Positions 1-12,103 of a stretch of DNA of 64,000 bases are shown one piece after another. The notes below the pieces were generated by a model. The model had not been told where the DNA came from. It was given only the letters and a program-made list of their open reading frames with translations, and searched no databases. The translations under genes and the position numbers were made by a program. The DNA comes from Macrostomum lignano (lineage: Eukaryota). Position 1 is the stretch's first letter. Every line of letters starts with the position of its first letter. The stretch is taken from the NCBI GenBank assembly GCA_002269645.1, contig NIVC01001659.1, forward strand, positions 62,001 to 126,000, written 5' to 3'.

Positions 1-88
1 ACTCGGCTAGTCAAGGATTTTAAGCAAATCTCAGCAGCTATCTCAGGTTCGAATCCCACTTTTTGACGCATCTTCACCTCCCCTGCAG

Positions 89-469
89 TCGGCACTGAGC
101 AGCCACGGTGGCGGCCGCGTGAGCTTCCACATCGCCGACCGGTCGGGCAACGTCAACTTGGCGAACTTCTCGGAGCCCATCGCCCTCACCTGGGGCGTCT
201 TCCCCGCCTCGGAGGTCGCTCAGCCCACCGTCTGCGACGGCGCCGCCTTCCTGGCCTGGCGGGACGAGGCCTTCGCCCTGTGGACGGAGGAGTGGGGCCG
301 CCTGTACGAGGAGGGCTCGCCGAGCCGCCGCCTGATCGAGTCGGTGGCCGAGACCTACCTGCTGGTGGCGCTGGTGGACAATGACTTCACTGAGGACAGC
401 GTCTTGTGGGACCTGACTGACCAGGTGGCCCGGGCGGCCGACGGCTCGGACGAGGTGGAGCTCGCTTGA
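89..469 (+). CDS. MTHFR: Methylenetetrahydrofolate reductase, last coding exon (C-terminal SAM-binding regulatory domain); gene begins upstream of the window
   Basis: Translation ALTWGVFPASEVAQPTVCD...FLAWRDEAFALWTEEWGRLYEEGSPSRRLI...YLLVALVDNDF matches the MTHFR C-terminal signature (VTWGIFPGREIIQPTVVD...WKDEAFALW...VNLVDNDF). The acceptor ccctgcag| at 88 is in frame and the stop TGA is at 467-469. Confidence 0.9.
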   Translation, partial: SALSSHGGGRVSFHIADRSGNVNLANFSEPIALTWGVFPASEVAQPTVCDGAAFLAWRDEAFALWTEEWGRLYEEGSPSRRLIESVAETYLLVALVDNDFTEDSVLWDLTDQVARAADGSDEVELA

Positions 470-700
470 AAGCTTGTTCACCTGGGCTGGCTCACCTGGG
501 CTGGCTCACCTGGGCTGGCTCACCTGGGCTGGCTCACCTGGGCTGGCTCACCTGGGCTGGCTCACCTGGGCTGACTCACCTGGGCTGGCTCACCTGGGCT
601 TGCTCACCTGGGCTAGCTCACCTGGGCTGGCTCACCTGGGCTGGCACACCTGGGCTGACTCACCTGGGCTGGCTCACTTGGGCTGGCTCACTTGAAGGCT
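470..700. repeat. 15-bp minisatellite (GGGCTGGCTCACCTG)n
   Basis: Direct reading; about 15 imperfect copies starting right after the MTHFR stop. Confidence 0.95.
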
Positions 701-1470
701 AGCTCACCTGAGGGTTAGCTCACATGAGGGTTAGCTCACCTGAGGGTTAGCTCACATGAGGGCTATCTCACCTGAGGGCTAGCTCATCTGAGGGTTAGCT
801 CACCTGAGGGTTAGCTCACCTGAGGGTTAGCTCACCTGAGGGTTAGCTCACCTGAGGGTTAGCTCACCTGAGGGTTAGCTCACCTGAGGGTTAGCTCACC
901 TGAGGGTTAGCTCACCTGAGGGTTAGCTCACCTGAGGGTTAGCTCACCTGAGGGTTAGCTCACCTGAGGGTTAGCTCACCTGAGGGTTAGCTCACCTGAG
1001 GGTTAGCTCACCTGAGGGTTAGCTCACCTGAGGGTTAGCTCACCTGAGGGTTAGCTCACCTGAGGGTTAGCTCACCTGAGGGTTAGCTCACCTGAGGGTT
1101 AGCTCACCTGAGGGTTAGCTCACCTGAGGGTTAGCTCACCTGAGGGTTAGCTCACCTGAGGGTTAGCTCACCTGAGGGTTAGCTCACCTGAGGGTTAGCT
1201 CACCTGAGGGTTAGCTCACCTGAGGGTTAGCTCACCTGAGGGTTAGCTCACCTGAGGGTTAGCTCACCTGAGGGTTAGCTCACCTGAGGGTTAGCTCACC
1301 TGAGGGTTAGCTCACCTGAGGGTTAGCTCACCTGAGGGTTAGCTCACCTGAGGGTTAGCTCACCTGAGGGTTAGCTCACCTGAGGGTTAGCTCACCTGAG
1401 GGTTAGCTCACCTGAGGGTTAGCTCACATGAGGGTTAGCTCACCTGAGGGTTAGCTCACATGAGGGCTAA
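701..1470. repeat. 16-bp minisatellite (GAGGGTTAGCTCACCT)n
   Basis: Direct reading; near-perfect copies over about 770 bp. Confidence 0.95.
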
Positions 1471-1702
1471 CTAGCGAGAATAGGACTACGTAACTCTGTT
1501 TTGTTTCAATTTTTATGATTTATTGTATATTTTGCAAATTTTAAAGGCCACGATAAGTTTTAATCAAGCGTGTTACGTGCTGCGATTCATGACGAATTTG
1601 TTTGCAATTTTTCCATTTTGTATATATACTTGCACTTTTAACTTGTGCCTTAGCGACGTGCTGATTCAAGTTCGGGATCGAACGCTCGTTTTTTCTTTTT
1701 TC

Positions 1703-2018
1703 AGTCAGTCAGTCAGTCAGTCAGTCAGTCAGTCAGTCAGTCAGTCAGTCAGTCAGTCAGTCAGGCAGTCAGTCAGTCAGTCAGTCAGTCAGTCAGTCAG
1801 TCAGTCAGTCAGTCAGTCAGTCAGTCAGTCAGGCAGTCAGTCAGTCAGTCAGTCAGTCAGTCAGTCAGTCAGTCAGTCAGTCAGTCAGTCAGTCAGTCAG
1901 TCAGTCAGTCAGGCAGTCAGTCAGTCAGTCAGTCAGTCAGTCAGTCAGTCAGTCAGTCAGTTAGTCAGTCAGTCAGTCAGTCAGTCAGGCAGGCAGTCAG
2001 TCAATCAGTCAGTCAGTC
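1703..2018. repeat. (CAGT)n microsatellite
   Basis: Direct reading. Confidence 0.98.
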
Positions 2019-2460
2019 GAGCTTGAAAGTGACTGAGCCGGATTCCACATAGCCGCAACAAAACAAATATCTGATTAATCAGAAAATAAGTAAAATTCTA
2101 GGAATTCGGCAACAACTGAAAAGCGCAGCTACTTACAGTAGTATAGGGCACAGCTGACTCTGAAACTGCACATGATTTACGCAGAGAATGGGACTGAGGG
2201 ACAGCCAAACTGATTGATATGCTGCTAGGAGTAAGGAGTTTTTGACAGATCAGTGCAGATTGAGTTCTACAAGTATTCCAGCTGTTCTCGGTTCAGAACG
2301 TAAAAATAGCCACAGAAAAGAAAACAGACAGGAAACTGCGCCTGCCGCTCAGTGCCAACCCACGAAAGTGGCATCCGGCGCCCTCAACGCAAGAGGAAAA
2401 TCTAATACCTTAACGACAGAGCCCTCATCCCTAAGCGATCAGAAACCAGCCGAATTGATT

Positions 2461-3545
2461 AGAATCTCATCCACAGCTACAGAATCTCATCCACAGCAAC
2501 AGAATCTCACCCACAGCAACAGAATCTCACCCATAGCTACAGAATCTCACCCATAGCTACAGAATCTCACCCACAGCAACAGAATCTCACCCATAGCTAC
2601 AGAATCTCACCCACAGCAACATATTCTCACCCACAGCTACAGAATCTCACCCATAGCTACAGAATCTCACCCACAGCAACAGAATCTCACCCATAACTAC
2701 AGAATCTCAAACACAGCAACAGAATGTCATTCACAGCAACAGAATCTCACCCACAGCAACAGAATCTCATCCACAGCTACAGAATCTCGCCCATAGCTAC
2801 AGAATCTCATCCACAGCTACATAATCTCACCCAAAGCTACAGAATCTCACCCACAGCTACAGAATCTTATCCACAGCTACAGAATCTCATCCACAGCTAC
2901 AGAATCTCACCCACAGCAACAGAATCTCACACACAGCAACAGAATGTCATCCACAGCAACAGAATCTCACCCATAGCTACAGAATCTCATACACAGCAAC
3001 AGAATCTCACCCACAGCTACAGAATCTCACCCACAGCTACAGAATCTCACACACAGCAACAGAATGTCATCCACAGCAACAGAATCTCACCCACGGCTAC
3101 AGAATCTCACCCACAGCTATAGAATCTCATACACAGCAACAGAATCTCACCCACAGCTACAGAATCTCACCCACAGCAACAGAATCTCACCCATAGCTAC
3201 AGAATCTCACCCATAGCTACAGAATCTCACCCACAGCTACGGAATCTCATCCACAGCTATAGAATCTCACACACAGCAACAGAATCTCATCCACAGCAAC
3301 AGAATCTCACCCACAGCAACAGAATCTCACCCACAGACACAGAATCTCACCCACAGACACAGAATCTCACCCACAGCTACAGAATCTCACCCACAGCAAC
3401 AGAATCTCACCCACAGCTACAGAATCTCACCAACAGCTACAGAATCTCACCAACAGCTACAGAATCTTACCCACAGCTACAGAATCTCACCCACAGCTAC
3501 AGAATCTTACCCACAGCAACAGAATCTCACCCACAGCAACAGAAC
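2461..3545. repeat. 20-bp minisatellite (AGAATCTCACCCACAGC(T/A)AC)n
   Basis: Columns align every 20 bases over about 1.08 kb. Confidence 0.97.
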
Positions 3546-3694
3546 CCCAGAGACCCAGTTGAGTTATAAAAGGCGCTCCAGCCGCTGCAGCAGTTTCAAG
3601 CCCATCAAAGGTGCTCATAAGATGATTGGCAGCAATGTCGGGGTCAGCCCGGATTATCAAGAGCGGCGGTCAGGCCGGGGACACCCCGTGGCGA

Positions 3695-6600
3695 TCACCT
3701 GCGCGGATTCGCCGTCGAGGTTTGTGCGGCACCGGTGGCCGAAGGCGGCTGGCCCGACTTCGACTGCGCCACTGGCTTGTTCGCTGAAATGTTCAATGGC
3801 GAGGTAAATGTCTTCAAGGAGCTTTCAAGGAGAACTCTGGATCTGGAAAATCTTCAGAAAAGGAATCAGAAGTCTTGATTTTGCAGGCGGGAATTTATCG
3901 AGATTTCAGTGTATCGGCAATAAAATCGATAATATTAAATTGAGATTTGAAGAAAATCGATTGTGCTTCTTAGAAAACTAATGCTTCACACAAATCCTGA
4001 AAGGTGTCAAAAAATGATATTAGTAAGAAATTGACCCCAAGGTCTTCTAAAATTCGGTTCTTAAGATTCTTGAGATAGAGATTCTTAAAATAATGGTGGA
4101 AATTACTGAGTAAAAATTAATCAATTTTCTTATAAACTCGACCGAGATTCCAGAAATTCCAGCGTGATTTTGTTTAAATTGATAAACTTTCCTAGAAAAC
4201 TAAGCAAGATTGTTAGAAAATTGACCAGGACTGCATAGAGACTCCAAGAAACCCAATGCCATCCCGCCGGCCCCGCAGCCGCACCCAGAATCCGGTCGAT
4301 CTCGGCCATGAGCGCCGCGGTCAGCTTGGGCACCACCGGCAGGGCGCAGATGTTCTCGTACAGCTGCTCGGCCGAGCTCGCGCCCAGCAGCACGCAGCTG
4401 GCGTGGCCGCTTCGCACGCACCAGGCGATGGCCAGCTGGGCCAGCGTGCAGTCCAGGTGGGTCGCCACCTCGGCGAGCTCCTTGAGCTTCGCCTGTTGCT
4501 GCCGGCCCTCCTCGCTGAGGATTTTATCGCGCAGCCAGGAGTAGCTGAATAAGTACGAAGGCGGGGACTGCGTGACTCACCCCTTGAACGATGCCCTGGA
4601 GTACACGCGCACTCTATCAAGCATCACGTCACTCACCCCTTGAGCGATGCCCTGGAGTACACGCGCACTCTATCAAGCATCACGTCACTCACCCCTTGAG
4701 CGAGGCCCTCGAGTACACGCGCACTCTATCAAGCATCACGTCACTCACCCCTTGAGCGAGGCCCTCGAGTACACGCGCACTCTATCAAGCATCACGTCAC
4801 TCACCCCTTGAGCGAGGCCCTCGAGTACACGCGCACTCTATCAAGCATCACGTCACTCACCCCTTGAGCGATGCCCTGGAGTACACGCGCACTTTATAAA
4901 GCATCACGTGACTCACTCCTTGAGCGAGGCCCTCGAGTACACGCGCACTCTATCAAGCATCACGTGACTCACCCCTTGAGCGAGGCCCTCGAGTACACGC
5001 GCACTCTATCAAGAATCACGTGACTCACCCCTTGAGCGAGGCCCTCGAGTACACGCGCACTCTATCAAGCATCACGTGACTCACCCCTTAAGCGAGGCCC
5101 TCGAGTACACGGGCACTCCGTCGTCGTACTTGCCGGACAGAATGCCGCAGGCCAACGGGCTCCAGACCACGGCGCCCAGGCCCAGCTTGGCGAATAGCTC
5201 GGGCATCTGCAGCTCCAGCTTCTCCCGCTGGAACATGTGGTACTCGACCTGCTCCGCCACCGGGGGGATCAGGTTGAACTGCCGCGCCACCGAGTGCGCC
5301 TCCATGATCTCCATGGGAGACCAGCTGCCGGTGGGGGGAATGACGCTCGACAATGTCCAGAACATCGAACAAGAAGATAAACGTGAAAAAACGGAAGAAA
5401 GGCCCAAGTGCTACCCACCGCGAGGTGCCCCAGTAGAAGGCCCAGCCGCGGTCGATGCAGAAGCTGAAGGCGCGCACGATCTCCTCCATGGGGGTGAGCG
5501 GGTCCGGCCGGTTGGCGAACACGATGTCCACATAGTCCAGCTGCAGCCGCTGCAGGCAGGCCTGCAGGCCCTCCACGATGTGCTTGCGGGACAGGCCGCG
5601 CTCCGTCTCCGCCTTGCCGCCCCAGAAAATCTTGGTGGACACGGTGTAGGAGGAGCGGCGCCAGCCGGCCTGCAGCGGGTGGGGGCGGCAACGCAGCTGA
5701 CGCTGGCACCAACTCTCCCGAGTCATGGGGCTCGCGTACGAAATGCCGAACTGAGGCCAGAGCGATCTACTTACCTTAATAGGAGCCTGTGAACCTAAGC
5801 ACTGCGCATGTACTCAACTCTGACATGAGGCAAAAGTGCAAATCGGGGATCAGACCGGATCAGCTCAACAAACCTTTCGCAGCAGGCGGCCCAGCAGCAG
5901 CTCGGCCCGGCCGGCCGCGTAAACCTCGGCCGTGTCAAAGAAGTTGATGCCGCAGGCGTAGGCCAGGGTCAGGATGTCCTCCGCCACCGAGTCTGCGGGT
6001 GTGGGGTTGAGGATTTTGAGGTTAGCCGTGAGAAGGCGGCTAACAGTAGCAATAACTGGGGACGGCTTCGGCTCACAACCAGCGCAGGGGCGATTGACTG
6101 TCCATTCCGCTGACTGCTGAACACAGGCAAGCGCGCCCATACTGTACGCAGACATGCAATCATACACACGCTCACACTGGGTGTACAGCGGTTCTGACTT
6201 TCTAATCGTCAGAGATGTACACCCTCTGTGCCTTGGGGTTGGCCCTCATGCCTGTGCATCCAAGCAAATTTTTGTGCACAAGTCCCAAATGAATGCGCCG
6301 CGCACGGAACTAGGGGTTCGAGAGGCAGAGTTAGAGAGAGTGAGAGGGTGAGAGAGAGTGAGAGAGTCAGATAGAGAGTGAGAGGGAGAGAGAGATAGAG
6401 AGAGAGGGAGAGAGAGAGGGAGAGAGAGAGGGAGAGAGAGGGAGAGAGAGAGAGAGAGAGAGGGAGAGAGAGGGAGAGAGAGGGAGAGAGAGAGGGAGAT
6501 AGAGGGAGAGAGAGAGAGGGAGAGAGAGAGGGAGAGAGGGAGAGAGAGAGGGAGAGAGAGAGAGAGAGAGAGGGAGAGAGAGGAGAGAGAGAGAGGGAGA

Positions 6601-6726
6601 GAGAGAGGGAGAGAGAGAGAGGGAGAGAGAGATAAAGAGAGAGGGAGAGAGAGAGGGAGAGAGAGAGAGAGAGGGAGAGAGAGAGGGAGAGAGAGGGAGA
6701 GAGAGAGAGAGAGAGAGAGATAGAGG

Positions 6727-6758
<32 letters not shown>

Positions 6759-7429
6759 GGAGAGAGAGAGGGAGAGAGAGAGGCAGAGTTAGAGAGAGTG
6801 AGAGGGTGAGAGAGAGTGAGAGAGTCAGATAGAAAGTGAGAGGGAGAGAGAGATAGAGAGAGAGGGAGAGAGGGAGAGAGAGAGGGAGAGAGAGAGGGAG
6901 AGAGAGGGAGAGAGAGATAAAGAGAGAGGGAGAGAGAGAGGGAGAGAGAGGAGAGAGAGAGGGAGAGAGAGAGGGAGAGAGAGGGAGAGAGAGGGAGAGA
7001 GAGAGGGAGATAGAGGGAGAGAGAGAGAGGGAGAGAGAGAGGAGAGAGAGAGGGAGAGAGAGAGGGAGAGAGAGAGGCAGAGTTAGAGAGAGTGAGAGGG
7101 TGAGAGAGAGTGAGAGAGTCAGATAGAGAGTGAGAGGGAGAGAGAGATAGAGAGAGAGGGAGAGAGGGTGAGAGAGAGAGAGGGTGAGAGATGGAGAGAG
7201 AGAGAGAGAGGGAGAGAGAGAGGGAGAGAGAGGGAGAGAGAGGGAGAGAGAGAGAGGGAGAGAGAGGCAGAGAGAGGGAGAGAGAGAGAGGGAGAGAGAG
7301 AGGGAGAGAGAGGGAGAGAGAGAGGGAGAGAGAGAGGCAGAGTTAGAGAGAGTGAGAGGGTGAGAGAGAGTGAGAGAGTCAGATAGAAAGTGAGAGGGAG
7401 AGAGAGATAGAGAGAGAGAGGGAGAGAGG

Positions 7430-7461
<32 letters not shown>

Positions 7462-8171
7462 GGGAGAGAGAGATAAAGAGAGAGGGAGAGAGAGAGGGAG
7501 AGAGAGGGAGAGAGAGGGAGAGAGAGAGGGAGAGAGAGGGAGATAGAGGGAGAGAGAGAGAGGGAGAGAGAGATAAAGAGAGAGGGAGAGAGAGAGGGAG
7601 AGAGAGGAGAGAGAGAGGAGAGAGAGAGAGGGAGAGAGAGGGAGAGAGAGAGAGGGAGAGAGAGATAGAGGGAGAGAGAGAGAGGGAGAGAGAGAGGGAG
7701 AGAGAGGGAGAGAGAGAGGGAGAGAGAGAGGCAGAGTTAGAGAGAGTGAGAGGGTGAGAGAGAGTGAGAGAGTCAGATAGAAAGTGAGAGGGAGAGAGAG
7801 ATAGAGAGAGAGGGAGAGAGGGAGAGAGAGAGGGAGAGAGAGAGGGAGAGAGAGGGAGAGAGAGATAAAGAGAGAGGGAGAGAGAGAGGGAGAGAGAGGG
7901 AGAGAGAGGGAGAGAGAGAGGGAGAGAGAGGGAGAGAGAGGGAGAGAGAGGGAGAGATAGAGGGAGAGAGAGAGAGGGAGAGAGAGAGGGAGAGAGAGAG
8001 AGAGAGAGGGAGAGAGAGAGGCAGAGAGAGGGTGAGAGAGAGAGAGGGTGAGAGATGGAGAGAGAGAGAGAGAGGGAGAGAGAGAGGGAGAGAGAGGGAG
8101 AGAGAGGGAGAGAGAGAGGAGAGGAGAGAGAGGCAGAGAGAGAGAGAGGGAGAGAGAGAGGGAGAGAGAGG

Positions 8172-8203
<32 letters not shown>

Positions 8204-8336
8204 GGGAGAGAGATAGAGAGAGAGGGAGAGAGGGAGAGAGAGAGGAGAGAGAGGCAGAGAGAGGGAGAGAGAGGGAGAGAGAGAGGAGAGAGAGGGAGAG
8301 AGAGAGGGAGAGAGAGAGGAGAGAGAGAGGAGAGAG

Positions 8337-8380
<44 letters not shown>

Positions 8381-10383
8381 GGGGAGAGAGATAGAGAGAG
8401 AGGAGAGAGAGAGGAGAGAGAGAGGGAGAGAGAGGCAGAGAGAGGGAGAGAGAGGGAGAGAGAGAGGGAGAGAGAGGGAGAGAGAGAGGGAGAGAGAGAG
8501 GCAGAGAGAGGGTGAGAGAGAGAGGGTGAGAGATGGAGAGAGAGAGAGAGGGAGAGAGAGAGAGAGTCAGACGCGTTGACCGCTGAGCTGCCCTGTCCCT
8601 GTCCGTTTAGCTCGTACTGCCAGCAGCTGGTACTCAATTTTTTCTAAACTGCTGATCCCATCGAAATTGGAATTTGGAAACATCACAATTAAATTCAGTT
8701 GCTGTTATCTGTGGTGGCTTTTGGCTGGTTTATGCGATGTCGCTTGTTGCTTTCATCTTTTACGGCGTGCCATGAGGCCGAAAATCGCCTCCTAATACAA
8801 AGCAAAGCCTAGAGTTGTTTTCAAATGAGTCCTCTGTGACGCTGCAGTTGTCCTACAGCATTTCGTTTCCCAAATGGATAATGCAGTGTGATTGTATCAA
8901 TTCAGAATTGGCACAATGAGTTCGCACCATTGTATAGGTTTTCAACAACAGTTTATCAGGATGGGGGTCTGATCCCCGCAGGCAACTCATACTGAGCTCT
9001 ACTGCTCTCAGGAGTGGCAGTAAAACTGAGCCTACCGGTGGGCTGTGGAGTGAGCTCGAAGCTTAGCTGAGGCCGATCCCAGGCTGGAGGGTTGAGCTGG
9101 GGGCGCAGGGAAAGCATCGGATGATGAACTTTCCCACGCGGAGAGCACTACTGAGCTGGCAGCTTAGACCTGCATTATTTACGCCGTACTAGCAGCTCCA
9201 CCGGCAGCTCTGGCCCCGATTCCCCCAGACTCCAAATCCGGCTCCCCTGCTGATGGCGGCCTGCCCAGTGCAATAAGCGCGCGCTGTGCAATCACGGAGA
9301 AAAACTGGCATACAGAATTGAGCTCGAGATAAGCAAGCGGATCAGCCGCGGAGCTTGCGGACCCAAACTCACCCAATGAATTGGCAAAGCCGCAGTCATT
9401 TCTGCCAATAATTTATCCGACCGCCCTATCTACCTGGATAAAACCGTATTTAGCTCCCATGCCTAGCTTTGGGGTAGCTTTTTATTGCATATCTATTGGG
9501 ATCGCGGGAGAGGGAGTTGATCTCGGGACAAATTTGTTTGAACTGAATGCAACACCGGAGCGACTCGCTGTGCCGGAAGCGCTGCTCGCTCACCCCGAGA
9601 GTTTCACGATTTCTCGATGCTCACGTCACGAAAACCAAAGTACAACCCCAACAATGTGCGCTCTGTGTCGCTGTTTCTGTGACCTTTACACCATATGTTG
9701 TGATTTTTGTTGCTAGGGAAAAAACTCAGGTAGCCAACAATCCCGAACTTACCTGGCACCTGTCCAGCAAATGTCACCCAGGTGCCAAGGCCCAGGCAGG
9801 AGACCCGAAGTCCGCAGCGGCCCAGGCTGCTGTAGTGCTTCTTCGGGTCCAAGCGGAACCCAGGCGGCGCCAGCGACGGCAGCAGCTGCAGCGGCGGCGG
9901 CTGCGGCGGCTGCGGCGGCTGCGGGGCGAGCGCCGAGGTTGCGAAGGCCTGCATAATGGGCGAGGCCTGGCTCGCCTGCGACCAGCCTCCAGTCGGCTGG
10001 CCACCTGACGGACGCCGTTGAAGGCCCGAAATGCCGGCAGTCGCGGCGGGGATGCCGACCACCAGCGGGCTGCGGAGGCTCTCGCGCGGCGTGGCGGGTG
10101 ACGAGCTCTGGCTTGATCGCCTGCTGCCCAGCGACAGCTGCTGGTGCACCGCCGGGTGGTGCAGCTGCTGCTGCGGTTGCTGCACGGAGACTGTGCGATG
10201 GCTGGCAGCGGTGACGCTGTGCGCCTGCGGCGTGAACGGAAAGTGCGTGCCCGGCAGCGGCTGGTGCTGCGGCTGCAGCGGGTGCTGCTGGCCGCTGGCG
10301 GAGCTGCCGGGCGCCTTGCGCTCACTGGGGCCGCCGCCATCGCGGCTGTCAGGCAGGAAGGCGTCCTCGTCGATTGAGTCCAT
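3695..10383 (-). CDS. KCNAB: Voltage-gated K+ channel beta subunit (aldo-keto reductase fold, KCNAB/Hyperkinetic-like). Six exons, approximately 10383-9753, 5992-5874, 5669-5420, 5323-5085, 4546-4287, 3783-3695
   Basis: Motifs [127 protein letters not shown] and ILANKP. GT-AG boundaries join in frame. Confidence 0.93.
4571..5105. repeat. 56-bp intronic array whose unit is the KCNAB exon end plus its 5' splice site (about 10 copies)
   Basis: Minus-strand unit gcgtgtactcgagggcctcgctcaaggg|gtgagtcacgtgatgcttgatagagtgc. Confidence 0.92.
6170..8610 (-). mobile_element. tRNA-derived SINE copy split by a 2.2-kb (CT/AG) array
   Basis: The minus-strand head gcagctcagcggtcaacgcgtctgact (about 8595-8567) and body ttccgtgcgcggcgcattcatttggg...catgagggccaaccccaaggcacagagggtgtacat (about 6310-6220) match the intact copy at 27487-27660. 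Confidence 0.7.
6323..8568. repeat. Imperfect (AG)n polypurine array with higher-order block duplications
   Basis: Direct reading; the block gaggcagagttagagagagtgagagggtg recurs near 6323, 6780, 7075, 7335 and 7730. Confidence 0.97.
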
Positions 10384-11099
10384 GCGGGACCCCTGCGGGA
10401 AGATGCGATGGAGCTGGGATTGCCCGGGTCCTGCACTGAGCAGCTAGAATATTTCTCATCAATTAAAAAAGGTATCGCGCAGGCTTTGCTCAGATAGAGA
10501 AGCTGCTCAGCATGCAGCTCGTCAGATCTCAAGATTAAGGAAGACTGGAGGCTGAGAGGCTTGGCTTCGTTTTTTAAATTTATCTTAAAAAATAATAGAA
10601 GGCCGTTGTTCCCCAACCCTCCGGCGGGAATTGGAATGGCATCTCAAGGATCTGCGGGCCCGACCCAGCCTGCTCAGTTCAGCCTGATAGTGCAGGCGAG
10701 CCGAGCTGCAGCGAGATGGCAGCGCGGTCCCAAGGGAGGCCTGCGGATCTGCGGACGCAGTCTGCGGATGCTTCGGTGTCCGCCCTTATGTTTAGAAATG
10801 AGGCGGAGACCCCAGGGCTCTGGTGGCCCACGCTGGGAAGGGAAGACAGTCTGCTGCATCTTCCCATATGCCGTCTCCATTGCATTAGAGCCGAGCATCT
10901 GTCCCGGGAACCCAATCTCGCTCTGTCTGCATTAACCTGAGACTCCGTCTGTCATTGCGGTGCATTCCAATCATCTATCGAGGCACGCAGGTGGCGCTGG
11001 CGAAACAGAAATACAATTGTACTCAAATGAATTGGCGCCAAGGGCCGTCTCACGCGTGTCAGCGTCGGAATTAACGGACAAGCTCAGACTTGAAAATCC

Positions 11100-12103
11100 T
11101 GAGGCTGTGCGGAGATTCACCACAAACAGGTGCTGGGTCTCAGTGGCCCAGGAATGCTTCTGGGCCTGAGGCTGTGCGGAGACTCACCACAAACAGGTGC
11201 TGGGTCTCAGTGGCCCAGGAATGCTTCTGGGCCTGAGGCTGTGCGGAGACTCACCACAAACAGATGCTGGGTCTCAGTGGCCCAGGAATGCATCTGGGCC
11301 TGAGGCTGTGCGCAGACTCACCACAAACAGATGCTGGGTCTCAGTGGCCCAGGAATGCATCTGGGCCTGAGGCTGTGCGCAGACTCACCACAAACAGGTG
11401 CTGGGTCTCAGTGGCCCAGGAATGCATCTGGGCCTGAGGCTGTGCGGAGACTCACCACAAACAGGTGCTGGGTCTCAGTGGCCCAGGAATGCATCTGGGC
11501 CTGAGGCTGTGCGGAGACTCACCACAAACAGGTGCTGGGTCTCAGTGGCCCAGGAATGCATCTGGGCCTGAGGCTGTGCGCAGACTCACCACAAACAGGT
11601 GCTGGGTCTCAGTGGCCCAGGAATGCATCTGGGCCTGAGGCTGTGCGGAGACTCACCACAAACAGGTGCTGGGTCTCAGTGGCCCAGGAATGCATCTGGG
11701 ACTGAGGCTGTGCGGAGACTCACCACAAACAGGTGCTGGGTCTCAGTGGCCCAGGAATGCATCTGGGCCTGAGGCTGTGCGCAGACTCACCACAAACAGG
11801 TGCTGGGTCTCAGTGGCCCAGGAATGCATCTGGGCCTGAGGCTGTGCGCAGACTCACCACAAACAGGTGCTGGGTCTCAGTGGCCCAGGAATGCATCTGG
11901 GCCTGAGGCTGTGCGGAGACTCACCACAAACAGGTGCTGGGTCTCAGTGGCCCAGGAATGCATCTGGGCCTGAGGCTGTGCGGAGACTCACCACAAACAG
12001 GTGCTGGGTCTCAGTGGCCCAGGAATGCATCTGGGCCTGAGGCTGTGCGCAGACTCACCACAAACAGGTGCTGGGTCTCAGTGGCCCAGGAATGCATCTG
12101 GGT
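11100..12103. repeat. 67-bp tandem repeat, about 15 copies
   Basis: Unit tgaggctgtgcggagactcaccacaaacaggtgctgggtctcagtggcccaggaatgcatctgggcc, with no spacers. Confidence 0.96.

Noticed and set aside
1-60. tRNA gene suggested by the B-box GGTTCGAATCCC
   Set aside because: No A-box or cloverleaf is visible, the 5' part is cut by the window edge, and it lies in an MTHFR intron; more likely a SINE remnant.
701-1470. Telomeric or interstitial telomere repeat (contains GGGTTAG)
   Set aside because: The unit is a 16-mer derived from the adjacent 15-mer array, with no contiguous TTAGGG runs.
6367-8637. 756-aa Ser/Leu ORF and RE-rich ORFs
   Set aside because: These are translations of the AG microsatellite, which lacks stop codons by composition.
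11100-12103. CRISPR array
   Set aside because: Contiguous identical 67-bp units with no unique spacers, no cas genes, and a eukaryotic context.
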